Under the pieces are notes generated by a model that did not search any database, had not been told where the DNA came from, and was given only the letters and a program-made list of their open reading frames with translations. Positions 1 to 9,161 of a stretch of DNA of 32,000 nucleotides are shown in pieces. The DNA is from Candidatus Thalassarchaeaceae archaeon (lineage in GTDB: Archaea; Thermoplasmatota; Poseidoniia; Poseidoniales; Thalassarchaeaceae): assembly GCA_045568075.1 (NCBI GenBank), contig JBJLBP010000001.1, forward strand, positions 420,001 through 452,000. The letters run 5' to 3'. Numbering within the stretch: position 1 is the stretch's first letter; each line of letters opens with the position of its first letter. A program made the position numbers and the translations under genes.

Positions 1-1398
1 GATGCTATGGAGGGCCCGACCCCTGTATCAGCTCTCATTCACGCCGCGACCATGGTCAACGCTGGTCTCTATCTAGTCGCACGTATGGTACCATTCGTCG
101 ACGTCAGTCATCACGGTGTTGCCGGGATGGAGGACCTCGGGCTCATCGTCGCTTGGATTGGTGGAATTACCGCCTTCATGGCTGCGGCAATTGCCTTCGT
201 TCAGAACGATATCAAGAAGGTTCTCGCTTATTCGACGATGAGCCAATTAGCTTACATTTTCACTGGACTAGGAGCTGCTCTATGGTTCTTCAATACCGGT
301 AATCACCATGCTGGCGCACTCGTCTTTGGTGGTGCATTATTCCATCTGTTCAATCACGCTATGGCAAAGGGCATGCTCTTCATGGCGAGTGGCTCGGTGA
401 TTCACGAAGTCCACCACGCCCACGATCACATCTCTGAAGAGGGTGATCACTCAGACCACGACTTCGACCCGCAGGATATGCGCAATATGGGTGGCTTGGC
501 CAGCAAGTTGCCGATTACCGCAACGGCGATGATGTTCGGTTCGATGTCAATCATCGGCATTCCGCTCATCGGCGGATTCTGGTCGAAGGAAATCATCGTC
601 GGCAAGACTTGGTATGCTTACTTCCATGGTGCTGACGCTCTACTCGGTCCAGCTCTACTGATTCTTGCAACCGCTGGAATGACCGGCTTCTACATGTCGC
701 GTATGTGGTTCATGACCTTCGCTGGCGAACCGAAGAACGAGCTCGTTGACCACGTCCACGAGGCTACTCCTTGGATCAAGACACCTCTCGTTCTCCTCTC
801 GATCATAACGGCTCTGGGTGGCTTCGGACTCGCCCTCTACGGAATGGTTGACTGGCTCGCGGGTGAGTCCGACCACCTGTCGATTCACAAGTCCACGTTC
901 CTCGACCAGGTAATCTACGAGTTAGAGCATGCATTCCTCCCCGAGGATATGCAACTTCGTTTCGTTGGTTGGGCAACCATCGCACTCTCATTCATTCTCG
1001 GGCCTATAATGGCCGCTCGAATTTATGGCGGCGCACTTCGCGAGGGTGAGAGCGCCATCCCACTCGTACATTGGTTGACCAGTCTTTCAGGTAAGTTCGG
1101 TAGTCAGAATGTCGATGAACTCGCTAATTCACAATTGGCTGAGGCTTTGCAAAACCGCCTCTACTTCGACGACCTATACGAGGGGGTACTCGCACGAACA
1201 ATCGTTCCTTTCGCCGACTTCGCCGCTTGGTTTGACAAGAATATCGTCGACGGCGTGATCAAGCAAATCGAATCCAACTCGGTGCTTGGTTCAGTCCAAA
1301 TCCGCCGAATTACGACCGGTAGCGCACGCGACTACATCCTCATGGCGACCGTCGGTGCGCTGACCATATTCGCTCTAATCTGGGGGGTGAGCGCTTGA
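1..1398 (+). CDS. nuoL: NADH:quinone oxidoreductase (complex I) subunit L, C-terminal part. The 5' end lies upstream of the window.
   Basis: Frame 1 is open from nt 1. PTPVSALIHAATMVNAG, KKVLAYSTMSQLAY and GGFWSKE are NuoL/ND5 antiporter-like signatures. It is followed by nuoM and nuoN with overlapping stop/start codons. Confidence 0.9.
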   Translation, partial: DAMEGPTPVSALIHAATMVNAGLYLVARMVPFVDVSHHGVAGMEDLGLIVAWIGGITAFMAAAIAFVQNDIKKVLAYSTMSQLAYIFTGLGAALWFFNTGNHHAGALVFGGALFHLFNHAMAKGMLFMASGSVIHEVHHAHDHISEEGDHSDHDFDPQDMRNMGGLASKLPITATAMMFGSMSIIGIPLIGGFWSKEIIVGKTWYAYFHGADALLGPALLILATAGMTGFYMSRMWFMTFAGEPKNELVDHVHEATPWIKTPLVLLSIITALGGFGLALYGMVDWLAGESDHLSIHKSTFLDQVIYELEHAFLPEDMQLRFVGWATIALSFILGPIMAARIYGGALREGESAIPLVHWLTSLSGKFGSQNVDELANSQLAEALQNRLYFDDLYEGVLARTIVPFADFAAWFDKNIVDGVIKQIESNSVLGSVQIRRITTGSARDYILMATVGALTIFALIWGVSA

Positions 1399-3008
1399 TT
1401 ACATCCGACCCGCTCACATTCATCACACTGGCACCGATAGCCTTCGGTCTCACACTTCTCATCCTGCCTCATATTGCTCCCGCGAGCATGGCGGATTACA
1501 TTCGAAAGATTGCTCGCCCACTATCCATGGGCCTCGCTTTGGCAATCTTCGCCATCACTTCGGCCCTCTTCCTCGGCCAGATTGGAAACATCGACTGGCT
1601 CGACATCATGCAGGGAGATTACGTCCTGCAGAACGAGGCAGTCGTCCTTCTCGATGAGATAGGAGTCCGTTGGGTCGTCGGTGTCGACGCTCTCTCATTC
1701 CCTATGGTTTGGCTGACAGCGATGCTCATCCCAGTCTCGATGTTGGTTGAGTGGGACGCTGAGAAGGGACACATATTCCATCCACTGATTCTGATTATGG
1801 AGGGCGCACTGTTGGGTGTGTTCGTCGTTCTCGATCTTTTCGTCTTCTACGTCTTCTGGGAACTTACACTCATCCCGATGTTCTTCCTCATCCTAGTCTG
1901 GGGTGGAGCTGACCGCCGCTACGCCTCGATGAAGTTCTTCATCTACACATTTACGGCGAGCGTCTTGATGCTCATCGGAATTCTCGTGATGTACTTCAAC
2001 ACTGGAGACGCGAGCCTTGCTGGCTCGCTGACAGGTCATCACTTCGATCTTGTATCGATGACCGCGCAGGCCGCTGGTGGCGGTTTGATTGCTGGCGAAG
2101 GCCTGCGACACTTCGTTTGGATCCTTTTGCTCATTGGATTCGCTACCAAGATGCCGAGCGTCCCAGTCCACACTTGGCTGCCAGACGCTCACGTTCAGGC
2201 GCCTACGGCTGGCTCGATGTTGCTGGCTGGCGTGATGCTGAAGATGGGCGCCTACGGATTCCTGAGAGTAGCAGTTACCATCTTCCCCGAATCGACGGTG
2301 GTCTTCATTCCGCTACTCATCGTCCTCGGAATGGTCAGCCTCGTCTATGGGGCGATTGTTTGCATGGGGCAGACTAACCTCAAGCGCATGGTTGCTTACT
2401 CATCCGTATCTCACATGGGATTGATCTTCCTTGGAATCGCGACCATGCAGCCTCTTGGTATCGCAGGAGCTCTCTTCATGATGTTCGCACATGGAATCAT
2501 CAGCCCACTCCTCTTCGCGGTCGCGGGTTCATTCAAGCATCATTACCACACGCTTGAAATCGGCTCGATGCGCGGAATCGCGCATCATTCACCATGGCTT
2601 GCCGGCCACATGATGCTCGGTTGGATGGCGAGTTTGGGTCTACCTCTGCTCGCTGGTTTCGTGGCCGAGGTCGCGGTTTTGATAGCCTTCTGGATGACCT
2701 TCGGATGGCTAGTCATCCTACCTGCATTAACCCTCATCATCACCGCGGTTTACTATCTCACAAGTATGCAGAAAACAATCTTCGAGGGCGGCGACCCACA
2801 CGTTGGAATCCTTCCCGAGAGCCTGCACGGAGAGGAGCCGCGTGACATCACTTGGCACGAGAATGCTGGTATGTTCATACTCGCTGCATTCACCGTTCTG
2901 TTCGGAATTCTACCATTCATCTTCTGGGATATGATGTCTGATTGGTCGACCGAATTCATGCTAGAAACTCTGGTCGATGCGATGAATAGCAAGGGGGTGA
3001 AACCCTGA
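1395..3008 (+). CDS. nuoM: NADH:quinone oxidoreductase subunit M
   Basis: ATKMPSVPVHTWLPDAHVQAPTAGSMLLAGVMLKMGAYGFLR and KRMVAYSSVSHMG are NuoM/ND4 signatures. The TTG start overlaps the nuoL TGA (TTGA). Confidence 0.9.
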   Translation: MITSDPLTFITLAPIAFGLTLLILPHIAPASMADYIRKIARPLSMGLALAIFAITSALFLGQIGNIDWLDIMQGDYVLQNEAVVLLDEIGVRWVVGVDALSFPMVWLTAMLIPVSMLVEWDAEKGHIFHPLILIMEGALLGVFVVLDLFVFYVFWELTLIPMFFLILVWGGADRRYASMKFFIYTFTASVLMLIGILVMYFNTGDASLAGSLTGHHFDLVSMTAQAAGGGLIAGEGLRHFVWILLLIGFATKMPSVPVHTWLPDAHVQAPTAGSMLLAGVMLKMGAYGFLRVAVTIFPESTVVFIPLLIVLGMVSLVYGAIVCMGQTNLKRMVAYSSVSHMGLIFLGIATMQPLGIAGALFMMFAHGIISPLLFAVAGSFKHHYHTLEIGSMRGIAHHSPWLAGHMMLGWMASLGLPLLAGFVAEVAVLIAFWMTFGWLVILPALTLIITAVYYLTSMQKTIFEGGDPHVGILPESLHGEEPRDITWHENAGMFILAAFTVLFGILPFIFWDMMSDWSTEFMLETLVDAMNSKGVKP

Positions 3009-4681
3009 TGCTGACAATCGATGAGATGGAGAATTTACTTCCTGAGATGGCACTCGTTCTGGGTATCATTCTAGCGATTCTCATCCCCAATATCGGAAAC
3101 GCAACTTTCCGAATTCCACTCACACGCATTCGCGTTCCGATCTTTATTGGCGGAAAGCGGTACAAAATGACCTCAGACCCACGCCTTCCTGGTCGTATGT
3201 CAATCGCAGTCTTCTCAGTAGCCCTCTTCTTCTCCTTCTTCGGAATCAAGGGAGCGAGCGGAGAAATTGGCGGCGTGATTGAGATTAGCTCGTTCAGCCG
3301 CATGATGTCAGTTGTGTTCTTCGGTTCGCTACTACTTGCTGCAGTCGCGACGACTTACCGAATGCCTGCTCGCCCTAGCGCTCGCGCCCCGCGCGAGAGA
3401 GATACTGAATCACGCGCGGAAGCACTAGTCGCCGCACTGATGGACAATCGCCGTCAAGTCGACTTCCATCTCTTGCTGATGATGGTAGGATTGGGCATGA
3501 GCCTGATGGCCATGGCGTCGAATCTCTTCTTCATGTTCGTCGCCATCGAGCTGACTAGTCTAGCAGCCTACGTATTGGTCGCCTTCCACAAGGAAGAGGC
3601 GGTCGGTGGCGAGGCTGGTGCGAAGTATTTCATCGTCGGTTCAGTGTCTTCGGCCACCGGTATCTACGGTATGTCGCTGGTCTATCTATGGTCTGGAGAC
3701 CTCGACTTTGATGCCCTTGCGGCCGCTTGGGCAGCGATGGACGGCCTCGATCCATTCGCCGTCATCGGAGTCGGTCTGATGCTCGTCGCCTTCGGCTTCA
3801 AGGTCAGTGCAGCCCCATTCCATCTAGCCGCTCCCGACGCATACGCGGGAGCGTCATCACCGGTAGCTGGCCTACTTGCAACCGCTTCGAAGGCGATGGG
3901 ATTCGTCGCCCTCTTCCGTGTCCTAATCGAAGTCACCATGCCCGAAGAGGGTGAAGCATTGTGGTTCTGCCTGCTTGCACTCATCGCCATCGTGACGATG
4001 ACTTGGGGTAACCTCGCCGCGCTAACCAGTGAGAACCCGAAGCGCATGCTTGCTTACTCGAGCGTCGCACACGCGGGATACATGCTCGCTGCTCTCGCTG
4101 CGGTTGGCAGCGGACTTGGCGACGCCTCGACCACAAAGTTGGTCCTAATTGCAATCGTATTCCACTTGACAGTCCTCGTGCTCTTCAAGTTCGGAGCCTT
4201 CCTTGTCCTCGGCTTGCTGGAAACTGAGGGTAGAAGCCACCGTTTGGAGGATCTCCATGGATTGGCTCGCCGCGACCCTCTAATCGCCGGCTCGATGTTC
4301 ATCTTCATGCTCTCACTTGCTGGTGTTCCACCACTCTCTGGCTTCCTCTCGAAGCTACTGATGATTAACGGAATCATCAACATCAGCGCCGGCACAGGAA
4401 GCACTACTGCAGACGCAATCGTGCCTTGGGCCGAGACCGTAGATCCTGTCTTCTGGCTAGCAATTGCAATCGTTCTGAACAGTGCCCTCTCGCTATTCTA
4501 CTACCTGCGACTTTGCCTTGTGATGTTCTTTGAGGAGCCTGAAGTATCGAAGCCGCTTCGTCGAGCTGGTCACTTGCGCAGGACCATCATTGTGCTAGCA
4601 GTTCTCTCCGTCTTCTTTGGAATCGGCGCTGGCGCTGAGTACCTCCTCGATCTCGTCGAGACGGCCGTAGCCGCAATGTAA
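3008..4681 (+). CDS. nuoN: NADH:quinone oxidoreductase subunit N, with unusually long N-terminal loops
   Basis: FKVSAAPFHLAAPDAYAGASSPVAG and KRMLAYSSVAHAGYM are NuoN/ND2 signatures. The ATG overlaps the nuoM stop (TGATG). At 557 aa it is longer than typical NuoN. Confidence 0.85.
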   Translation: MLTIDEMENLLPEMALVLGIILAILIPNIGNATFRIPLTRIRVPIFIGGKRYKMTSDPRLPGRMSIAVFSVALFFSFFGIKGASGEIGGVIEISSFSRMMSVVFFGSLLLAAVATTYRMPARPSARAPRERDTESRAEALVAALMDNRRQVDFHLLLMMVGLGMSLMAMASNLFFMFVAIELTSLAAYVLVAFHKEEAVGGEAGAKYFIVGSVSSATGIYGMSLVYLWSGDLDFDALAAAWAAMDGLDPFAVIGVGLMLVAFGFKVSAAPFHLAAPDAYAGASSPVAGLLATASKAMGFVALFRVLIEVTMPEEGEALWFCLLALIAIVTMTWGNLAALTSENPKRMLAYSSVAHAGYMLAALAAVGSGLGDASTTKLVLIAIVFHLTVLVLFKFGAFLVLGLLETEGRSHRLEDLHGLARRDPLIAGSMFIFMLSLAGVPPLSGFLSKLLMINGIINISAGTGSTTADAIVPWAETVDPVFWLAIAIVLNSALSLFYYLRLCLVMFFEEPEVSKPLRRAGHLRRTIIVLAVLSVFFGIGAGAEYLLDLVETAVAAM

Positions 4682-4693
4682 GCCTCGTCGCTC

Positions 4694-4712
4694 CTCAGTA
4701 TCCGATACTGAG
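4694..4712 (+). terminator. Hairpin just after the nuoN stop (ctcagta-tccga-tactgag)
   Basis: Perfect 7-bp stem with a 5-nt loop, read directly, starting 13 nt after the TAA. No T-run follows, so a terminator role is uncertain. Confidence 0.25.
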
Positions 4713-4802
4713 CCGGGCTGTGACCGACGTCGACTCTGCTGGCTTGTTCTGACCTTGTTTACGAGGCATGGTTTCACATAGGGGTCGCTCGACCGACGGC
4801 CA

Positions 4803-5348
4803 ATGGCGCGTCGTGAGGAGCGTGTGGACACAGAGTTGCTGGCGCAGCTTGAATCAGGCGCTGGCGATAAGATCCGCGTAAAGCTCCCTAACAAGAAGAT
4901 CAACGAGATGTTCGCCATTGCCGACCAGATTCTCGGCGGTCGCCGCGTCCGCGCTGTTTGCGCAGACGGTGAGAGCCGATTAGCTCGAATCCCAGGTAAG
5001 ATGCGCCGCCGCCAATGGGTGCGCGAGGGTGATCTGATTATTGTTCAGCCATGGGACTTCCAGGATGCCAAGGCCGACGTTCGAATGCGCTACACTAAGA
5101 CGCAGTCGATCTATCTCTCACGCAAAGGCGTGCTTCCCGAGATTGTCGATCTGTTCGGTATGACCGAGGACCAATTCAACCAGGACGACGATCGCGACTC
5201 AAAGATCGATTCCACCCCAGCCGCCGAGCCAACCAGTGAAGCGGAGTCTGTTGACGAGGCAGAAGATGGAGAAGACGAAGTCGAGGACAAGCCAACTGCA
5301 GTCTGGGCTGACGACGACGACGACGACATTGACTCGTTCTTCGGGTGA
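4803..5348 (+). CDS. aif1A: Translation initiation factor aIF-1A (S1/OB fold) with a roughly 65-aa acidic C-terminal tail
   Basis: The core KLPNKKINEMFAIADQILGGRRVRAVCADGESRLARIPGKMRRRQWVREGDLIIVQPWDFQDAKADVRMRY matches the eIF1A/aIF1A family. The position upstream of a RIO kinase and a KH protein is a conserved archaeal arrangement. Confidence 0.9.
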   Translation: MARREERVDTELLAQLESGAGDKIRVKLPNKKINEMFAIADQILGGRRVRAVCADGESRLARIPGKMRRRQWVREGDLIIVQPWDFQDAKADVRMRYTKTQSIYLSRKGVLPEIVDLFGMTEDQFNQDDDRDSKIDSTPAAEPTSEAESVDEAEDGEDEVEDKPTAVWADDDDDDIDSFFG

Positions 5349-6235
5349 GAGCGATGACGAACCCCGATTGGGAGGACGTCGATCCTGATTCTCTGATGAA
5401 AGCGGCGCGGCAACACGATTGGATGATGGAGCCGCGCTTCAAGCGAATGTTCGAGGATATCGAGGATAAGCTGCAAGGCGTGTTAGGCTCTGGTCAATAC
5501 GACTGGGTTGATCGACGAGTCTTCGACGCGGTCTTTGACCGCTCGACCTTGATGTCACTTCACAAATTGATGCAAGCAGGCGAAATCGAAACCGTCGATT
5601 ATCCAATTGCTCGCGGCAAGGAAGCTCACGTCTTCCATGCGACTACGAACCAAGGTCCTGCCGCGGTGAAAATTTTCCACACAACTAATGCCGTCTTCAA
5701 GAGCCTCGCAAAATACATCGATGGCGACCCACGATTCGGCGGATTGAAGCGTCGCCATCGCGAAATCGTGAAGATTTGGGTGCGCAAGGAATACCGTAAT
5801 CTCAAGCGCATGAGAAAGCATGGAATTCGAGTTCCCTCTCCGCGTGCAATCCTCAACAATGTCTTGGTGATGGATCTTATCGGCGATAAGGACGAACCTT
5901 CACCTCGTCTCAAGGACATCACCATCGACGATCCGATGGGCGTCTTCGATGACCTCCTCGAGATTCTTGCAGTTTGCTGGCAAACCTGTGATATCGTCCA
6001 TTCGGACTTCTCTGAATACAACATTCTCTGGTACGACGGCGAGCCATGGGTCATCGATGTCGGGCAAGCCGTCGTCAGCGCGCACCCTTCTTCCAACGAA
6101 TTCTTGGTGCGCGATGTCACTCGCTTAGTTCAATGGATTAACCGCCAAGGTTTCGATGTCCAACTCGCCGACGCACTCCTCAGAGTGCTCGAAGAACCCG
6201 TTCCAACCTATCCGCCTCTGTCGGGCGGGGATTAA
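5345..6235 (+). CDS. rio1: RIO-type serine protein kinase (Rio1-like)
   Basis: ARGKEAHVF is an STGKEA-like nucleotide loop, HSDFSEYNIL the catalytic loop and IDVGQAV the metal-binding Asp. The GTG at 5345 overlaps the aIF1A stop. An alternative ATG lies at 5354. Confidence 0.85.
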   Translation: MRAMTNPDWEDVDPDSLMKAARQHDWMMEPRFKRMFEDIEDKLQGVLGSGQYDWVDRRVFDAVFDRSTLMSLHKLMQAGEIETVDYPIARGKEAHVFHATTNQGPAAVKIFHTTNAVFKSLAKYIDGDPRFGGLKRRHREIVKIWVRKEYRNLKRMRKHGIRVPSPRAILNNVLVMDLIGDKDEPSPRLKDITIDDPMGVFDDLLEILAVCWQTCDIVHSDFSEYNILWYDGEPWVIDVGQAVVSAHPSSNEFLVRDVTRLVQWINRQGFDVQLADALLRVLEEPVPTYPPLSGGD

Positions 6236-6261
6236 AACGGGGAGGCGGGTCGCCCGCCTTC

Positions 6262-6990
6262 GTGGAACTACTCGCTCGTATCCCCATGGACCGCATCGCG
6301 GTACTCATAGGAAAGGAGGGGCGAACTCGCAAAATGATCGAAAAGGCCAGTGGAACTACTCTTGAGATTGATTCCCAAACAGGCGATGTGATGGCCGATT
6401 GGGGCGAGTCAGATGTAGATCTAATCATCCGAATGAAGATGCCAGATGTCATCCGTGCGATAGGACGCGGCCTCGCACCTAAGCGCGCTGTCAAGCTCCT
6501 CGAAGACGAGGTATTCCTGCGTATGTACGATATCCGTGAGTGGGTTGGCCGCCAACCGAACCAAACTCGCAGAATGCGCAGCCGTCTCATCGGACGTAAT
6601 GGTCGCATTCGCAGTCGCATCGAAGAGATAACCCATACAGAGATCGCAATCTATGGTTCGACAGTCCTCGTCATCGGTGACGAGGACGGTTTAGCACTTG
6701 CAACGCCCGCAATCGAGAATATACTCAACGGTTCTGAACACGGCACCGTGCTGCACGGCCTCGAGAAGGATCGTAAGCGAATGCGAGTCAAGTCCCGCAG
6801 CCTTGAATCGTACGATACAGGCAGTGAAACCTCTGACCAATTCGAGGCGTTAGTCCCTGGATTGGCAGACGCGCGTCGTCGCCGCGAGCGTCGATACAAG
6901 GGTTCCCAAGTCGACCCCGAGAATGCTGAGGAAGTATCAGAAATGCTCGAGCTCGCCGACGATGAAACAATTTCATTCGAAGAAGAGTGA
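6262..6990 (+). CDS. Double KH-domain RNA-binding protein (archaeal Dim2/Pno1-like) with a charged C-terminal extension
   Basis: Two KH GXXG loops are present (LIGKEGRTRKMIE and LIGRNGRIRSRIE). It lies directly downstream of the RIO kinase. The start is GTG. Confidence 0.75.
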   Translation: MELLARIPMDRIAVLIGKEGRTRKMIEKASGTTLEIDSQTGDVMADWGESDVDLIIRMKMPDVIRAIGRGLAPKRAVKLLEDEVFLRMYDIREWVGRQPNQTRRMRSRLIGRNGRIRSRIEEITHTEIAIYGSTVLVIGDEDGLALATPAIENILNGSEHGTVLHGLEKDRKRMRVKSRSLESYDTGSETSDQFEALVPGLADARRRRERRYKGSQVDPENAEEVSEMLELADDETISFEEE

Positions 6991-7035
6991 GTGCCACCAA
7001 CGAATTCTCGTTAGCAACTCAATCTGTCTTCGAGA

Positions 7036-7632
7036 TCAAGACTCGGCTGTCGTGATGTGTGAATCAACTCTCACACTCAGGGGCATCCTCGGTGGGTTAC
7101 TGAAGCCGAAGCAGGCTGATGGAGCCATCCCAGTCATCTGGTTTGAGGTTCTCCCGTCTAGATCAAGCGTTACCGATTTCATTCTTGACAACCCTCGAAC
7201 ATGGTACCATTCCTTGAGGCCGTTTCTAGTGGTTCCATGTGTCTTAGTGCCGAATAACAATCTAGCAAAGAATGCCTCAACATTTGCTATGAACCAACGT
7301 GGCCTTGGGAATAGTAGTGGAATAGTCATTCCCCATTCCATGGAAACGCTACCTAGGTCGCAACTGACTTCAATGGATTTGCCAGTCCTGTTGATTTCCA
7401 TCGGAGATACAATGACTTCTTCGAATGAATACAGTGAAGAGACGAAGTCACCTAATTCCTGAGATGGTGCTATCAGTACCCTAGTACCGTCCGGCTTCGC
7501 CCACATCAGATTGGTAAAGGGGCCATGAGGAGAATTTTTCCAGTCTCCAATAACCACCATGTCTCCAGTCGCGAAACCGGATGAAATCACTCGGCCTTTG
7601 AATATCTCAATGTCTTTCTTTCCAGCGTTCAT
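7036..7632 (-). CDS. Hypothetical soluble protein with no confident family
   Basis: The ORF runs 7036..7680. I prefer the ATG at 7632 (MNAGKKDIE...) because AGGAG lies about 10 nt upstream. The composition is protein-like, unlike the overlapping + strand ORF 6923..7462. Two 60-nt lines counted by hand gave about 45% GC. Confidence 0.5.
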   Translation of the reverse strand: MNAGKKDIEIFKGRVISSGFATGDMVVIGDWKNSPHGPFTNLMWAKPDGTRVLIAPSQELGDFVSSLYSFEEVIVSPMEINRTGKSIEVSCDLGSVSMEWGMTIPLLFPRPRWFIANVEAFFARLLFGTKTHGTTRNGLKEWYHVRGLSRMKSVTLDLDGRTSNQMTGMAPSACFGFSNPPRMPLSVRVDSHITTAES

Positions 7633-7777
7633 CTGCTCAACTCCTCTGTTTTTCGTTTCCGGTGCAGCCCTTGAGCACATAAGGCGTTGTTCGAGGTCAT
7701 GGCCGATAGTAGGCCGGTGTTCTCTTCCGAAGTTTGAGAGCCGCCACGCCTAAGCGGAGGTCCTTGCTCGACCGGCC

Positions 7778-9058
7778 ATGAACCCGCTTGAGGAGTGGTA
7801 TGATTACGAGCGGTTCACCATCCAAGCTCTGGTTGTTGTGATGGGTCTATTCTTTGCGGGAATCGCTCTCAATGAGCTCTCTGTTGGTGATAATCCGCTG
7901 ACAGATTTCGTCTACACTTACTATCTCGATCCAATTAGCGGTGAATCGACTGGTGATTCAGGCTACAACATGGTCAACACAATGACCTACGGAGTCGTTC
8001 TCACGATGTTCGCCATCGCTCTATCAGGTTGGCTTCGACACTTGGGTATCGACCCCTCCGACAAGACTCTCCTTGCCCTGCTTCCCTTCGTACTATGGGC
8101 AGCCTTTGGAGAGGTAGTCGAGGACGCCGAGATGTTCGGTGAGTTCTTCTCGGCTTGGTTCGTCAGTCCCGGTGTCCATTTCCAGACAGCCGGATGGGTG
8201 ATCATCGCTGGCTGGGCTGGCTATGCTATTTCATCGTCTGATTCTGATGATGACAAGAAGAAAGAGAATGTCAAGTCGGTTTCGGCTTTGATTATCTTCT
8301 CTCAATTCATCCTTTACGGAGCATCGATTAACGGTAGTGGAACGGTTGCGCGACTAGACATCGATCTGACGCTGATGATGCTGTTTTCTGTGTTGGCGCT
8401 CGCTGTTCCTTGGTTACTTGAATCGAGCGCCGAGGCTTTCGATTCTGTTCAGCGCACCGTCTACTTCTCTGGAGTAGGTGGAGGTGTAGTTCTATTCGGT
8501 GCGCTGGCTTCTTTCATGGCGACTAAGGATCTGTCTGAATTGAATCTCTGGCCTGTGGCTGTGGTCATAGGCGCGCCTGTAATTCTCTGTATGTGGATGC
8601 TTGAACAAGGGCGTGAGGCAGCAGCCGAGTTGGCTGATTTGGATATCGTTGCAGGGATTCTGCCTCCCGGAATGAACGAGGATGAATACCTCGCTTCCGA
8701 ATCGAAAGAGAAGGATTTGATTGAGTCATTACGCCTCAAGGCTACGATGGCTTATCCAGTCGCATTCTTGCCAGTAGCAGGTCAACTGCTTGATGGATTG
8801 GCGACCTACATCGGCATCGATTTCTTCTACTACTACGAGAAGCACATCGTTTCAGCCTGGGTCATCGATCTATTCGATACAGCAGCAACTTTCGCTTTGC
8901 TAAAGTTTGCAATCGGTGGAATCATTTTCTGGTTCTACTCAATGGCCAATTTCGAATACCGCCAACAGCACCTGCGCTTACTCATCGGATTGGCCCTCAT
9001 GGTGGTTGGAATGGCTCCGGGCCTACGCGATGTTGGACGCTTGATGCTGGGCGTCTGA
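7778..9058 (+). CDS. Polytopic membrane protein of unknown function (possibly DUF63-like; low-confidence recall)
   Basis: A 426-aa ORF with many hydrophobic segments and acidic loops ([26 protein letters not shown]). It is divergent from the 7036..7632 gene. Confidence 0.65.
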   Translation: MNPLEEWYDYERFTIQALVVVMGLFFAGIALNELSVGDNPLTDFVYTYYLDPISGESTGDSGYNMVNTMTYGVVLTMFAIALSGWLRHLGIDPSDKTLLALLPFVLWAAFGEVVEDAEMFGEFFSAWFVSPGVHFQTAGWVIIAGWAGYAISSSDSDDDKKKENVKSVSALIIFSQFILYGASINGSGTVARLDIDLTLMMLFSVLALAVPWLLESSAEAFDSVQRTVYFSGVGGGVVLFGALASFMATKDLSELNLWPVAVVIGAPVILCMWMLEQGREAAAELADLDIVAGILPPGMNEDEYLASESKEKDLIESLRLKATMAYPVAFLPVAGQLLDGLATYIGIDFFYYYEKHIVSAWVIDLFDTAATFALLKFAIGGIIFWFYSMANFEYRQQHLRLLIGLALMVVGMAPGLRDVGRLMLGV

Positions 9059-9096
9059 TTCAACTCGAACGGCCGAGCTTTTTCACGTGTCTAATC

Positions 9097-9115
9097 ACGA
9101 CATCATAGATGTCGT
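9097..9115. promoter_or_regulatory. Perfect palindrome ACGACATC-ATA-GATGTCGT upstream of the carboxylase operon; candidate operator
   Basis: An 8-3-8 inverted repeat read directly. It lies 47 nt upstream of the preferred ATG at 9162, inside a 103-nt intergenic gap that is long for this compact window. Confidence 0.3.
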
Positions 9116-9161
9116 ATCCATTGGATTGAAGGTTCGCCGGCAATCTCGGGTGTTGAGAGCC

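Noticed and set aside
5310-5327. (GAC)6 trinucleotide repeat
   Set aside because: It is in frame and encodes the poly-Asp of the aIF1A tail. It is not an independent repeat element, though it could be length-variable.
6923-7462. 179-aa plus-strand ORF overlapping the KH gene end and the 7036..7632 gene
   Set aside because: It starts inside the KH gene and its sequence is Cys/Ser-rich and non-globular. The minus-strand frame is more protein-like and has an SD-preceded ATG.
7701-7715. GGCC-GATAGTA-GGCC hairpin and a nearby GTTCGAGG, considered as a possible tRNA fragment
   Set aside because: The stem is only 4 bp. No acceptor, anticodon or T-arm geometry can be built from the 97-nt spacer.
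9087-9161. GTG-initiated 25-aa extension of the carboxyltransferase
   Set aside because: Starting at ATG 9162 reproduces the N-terminal spacing of bacterial LiuB up to the DPGSPFLEL block. The extension would also bury the palindrome in coding sequence.
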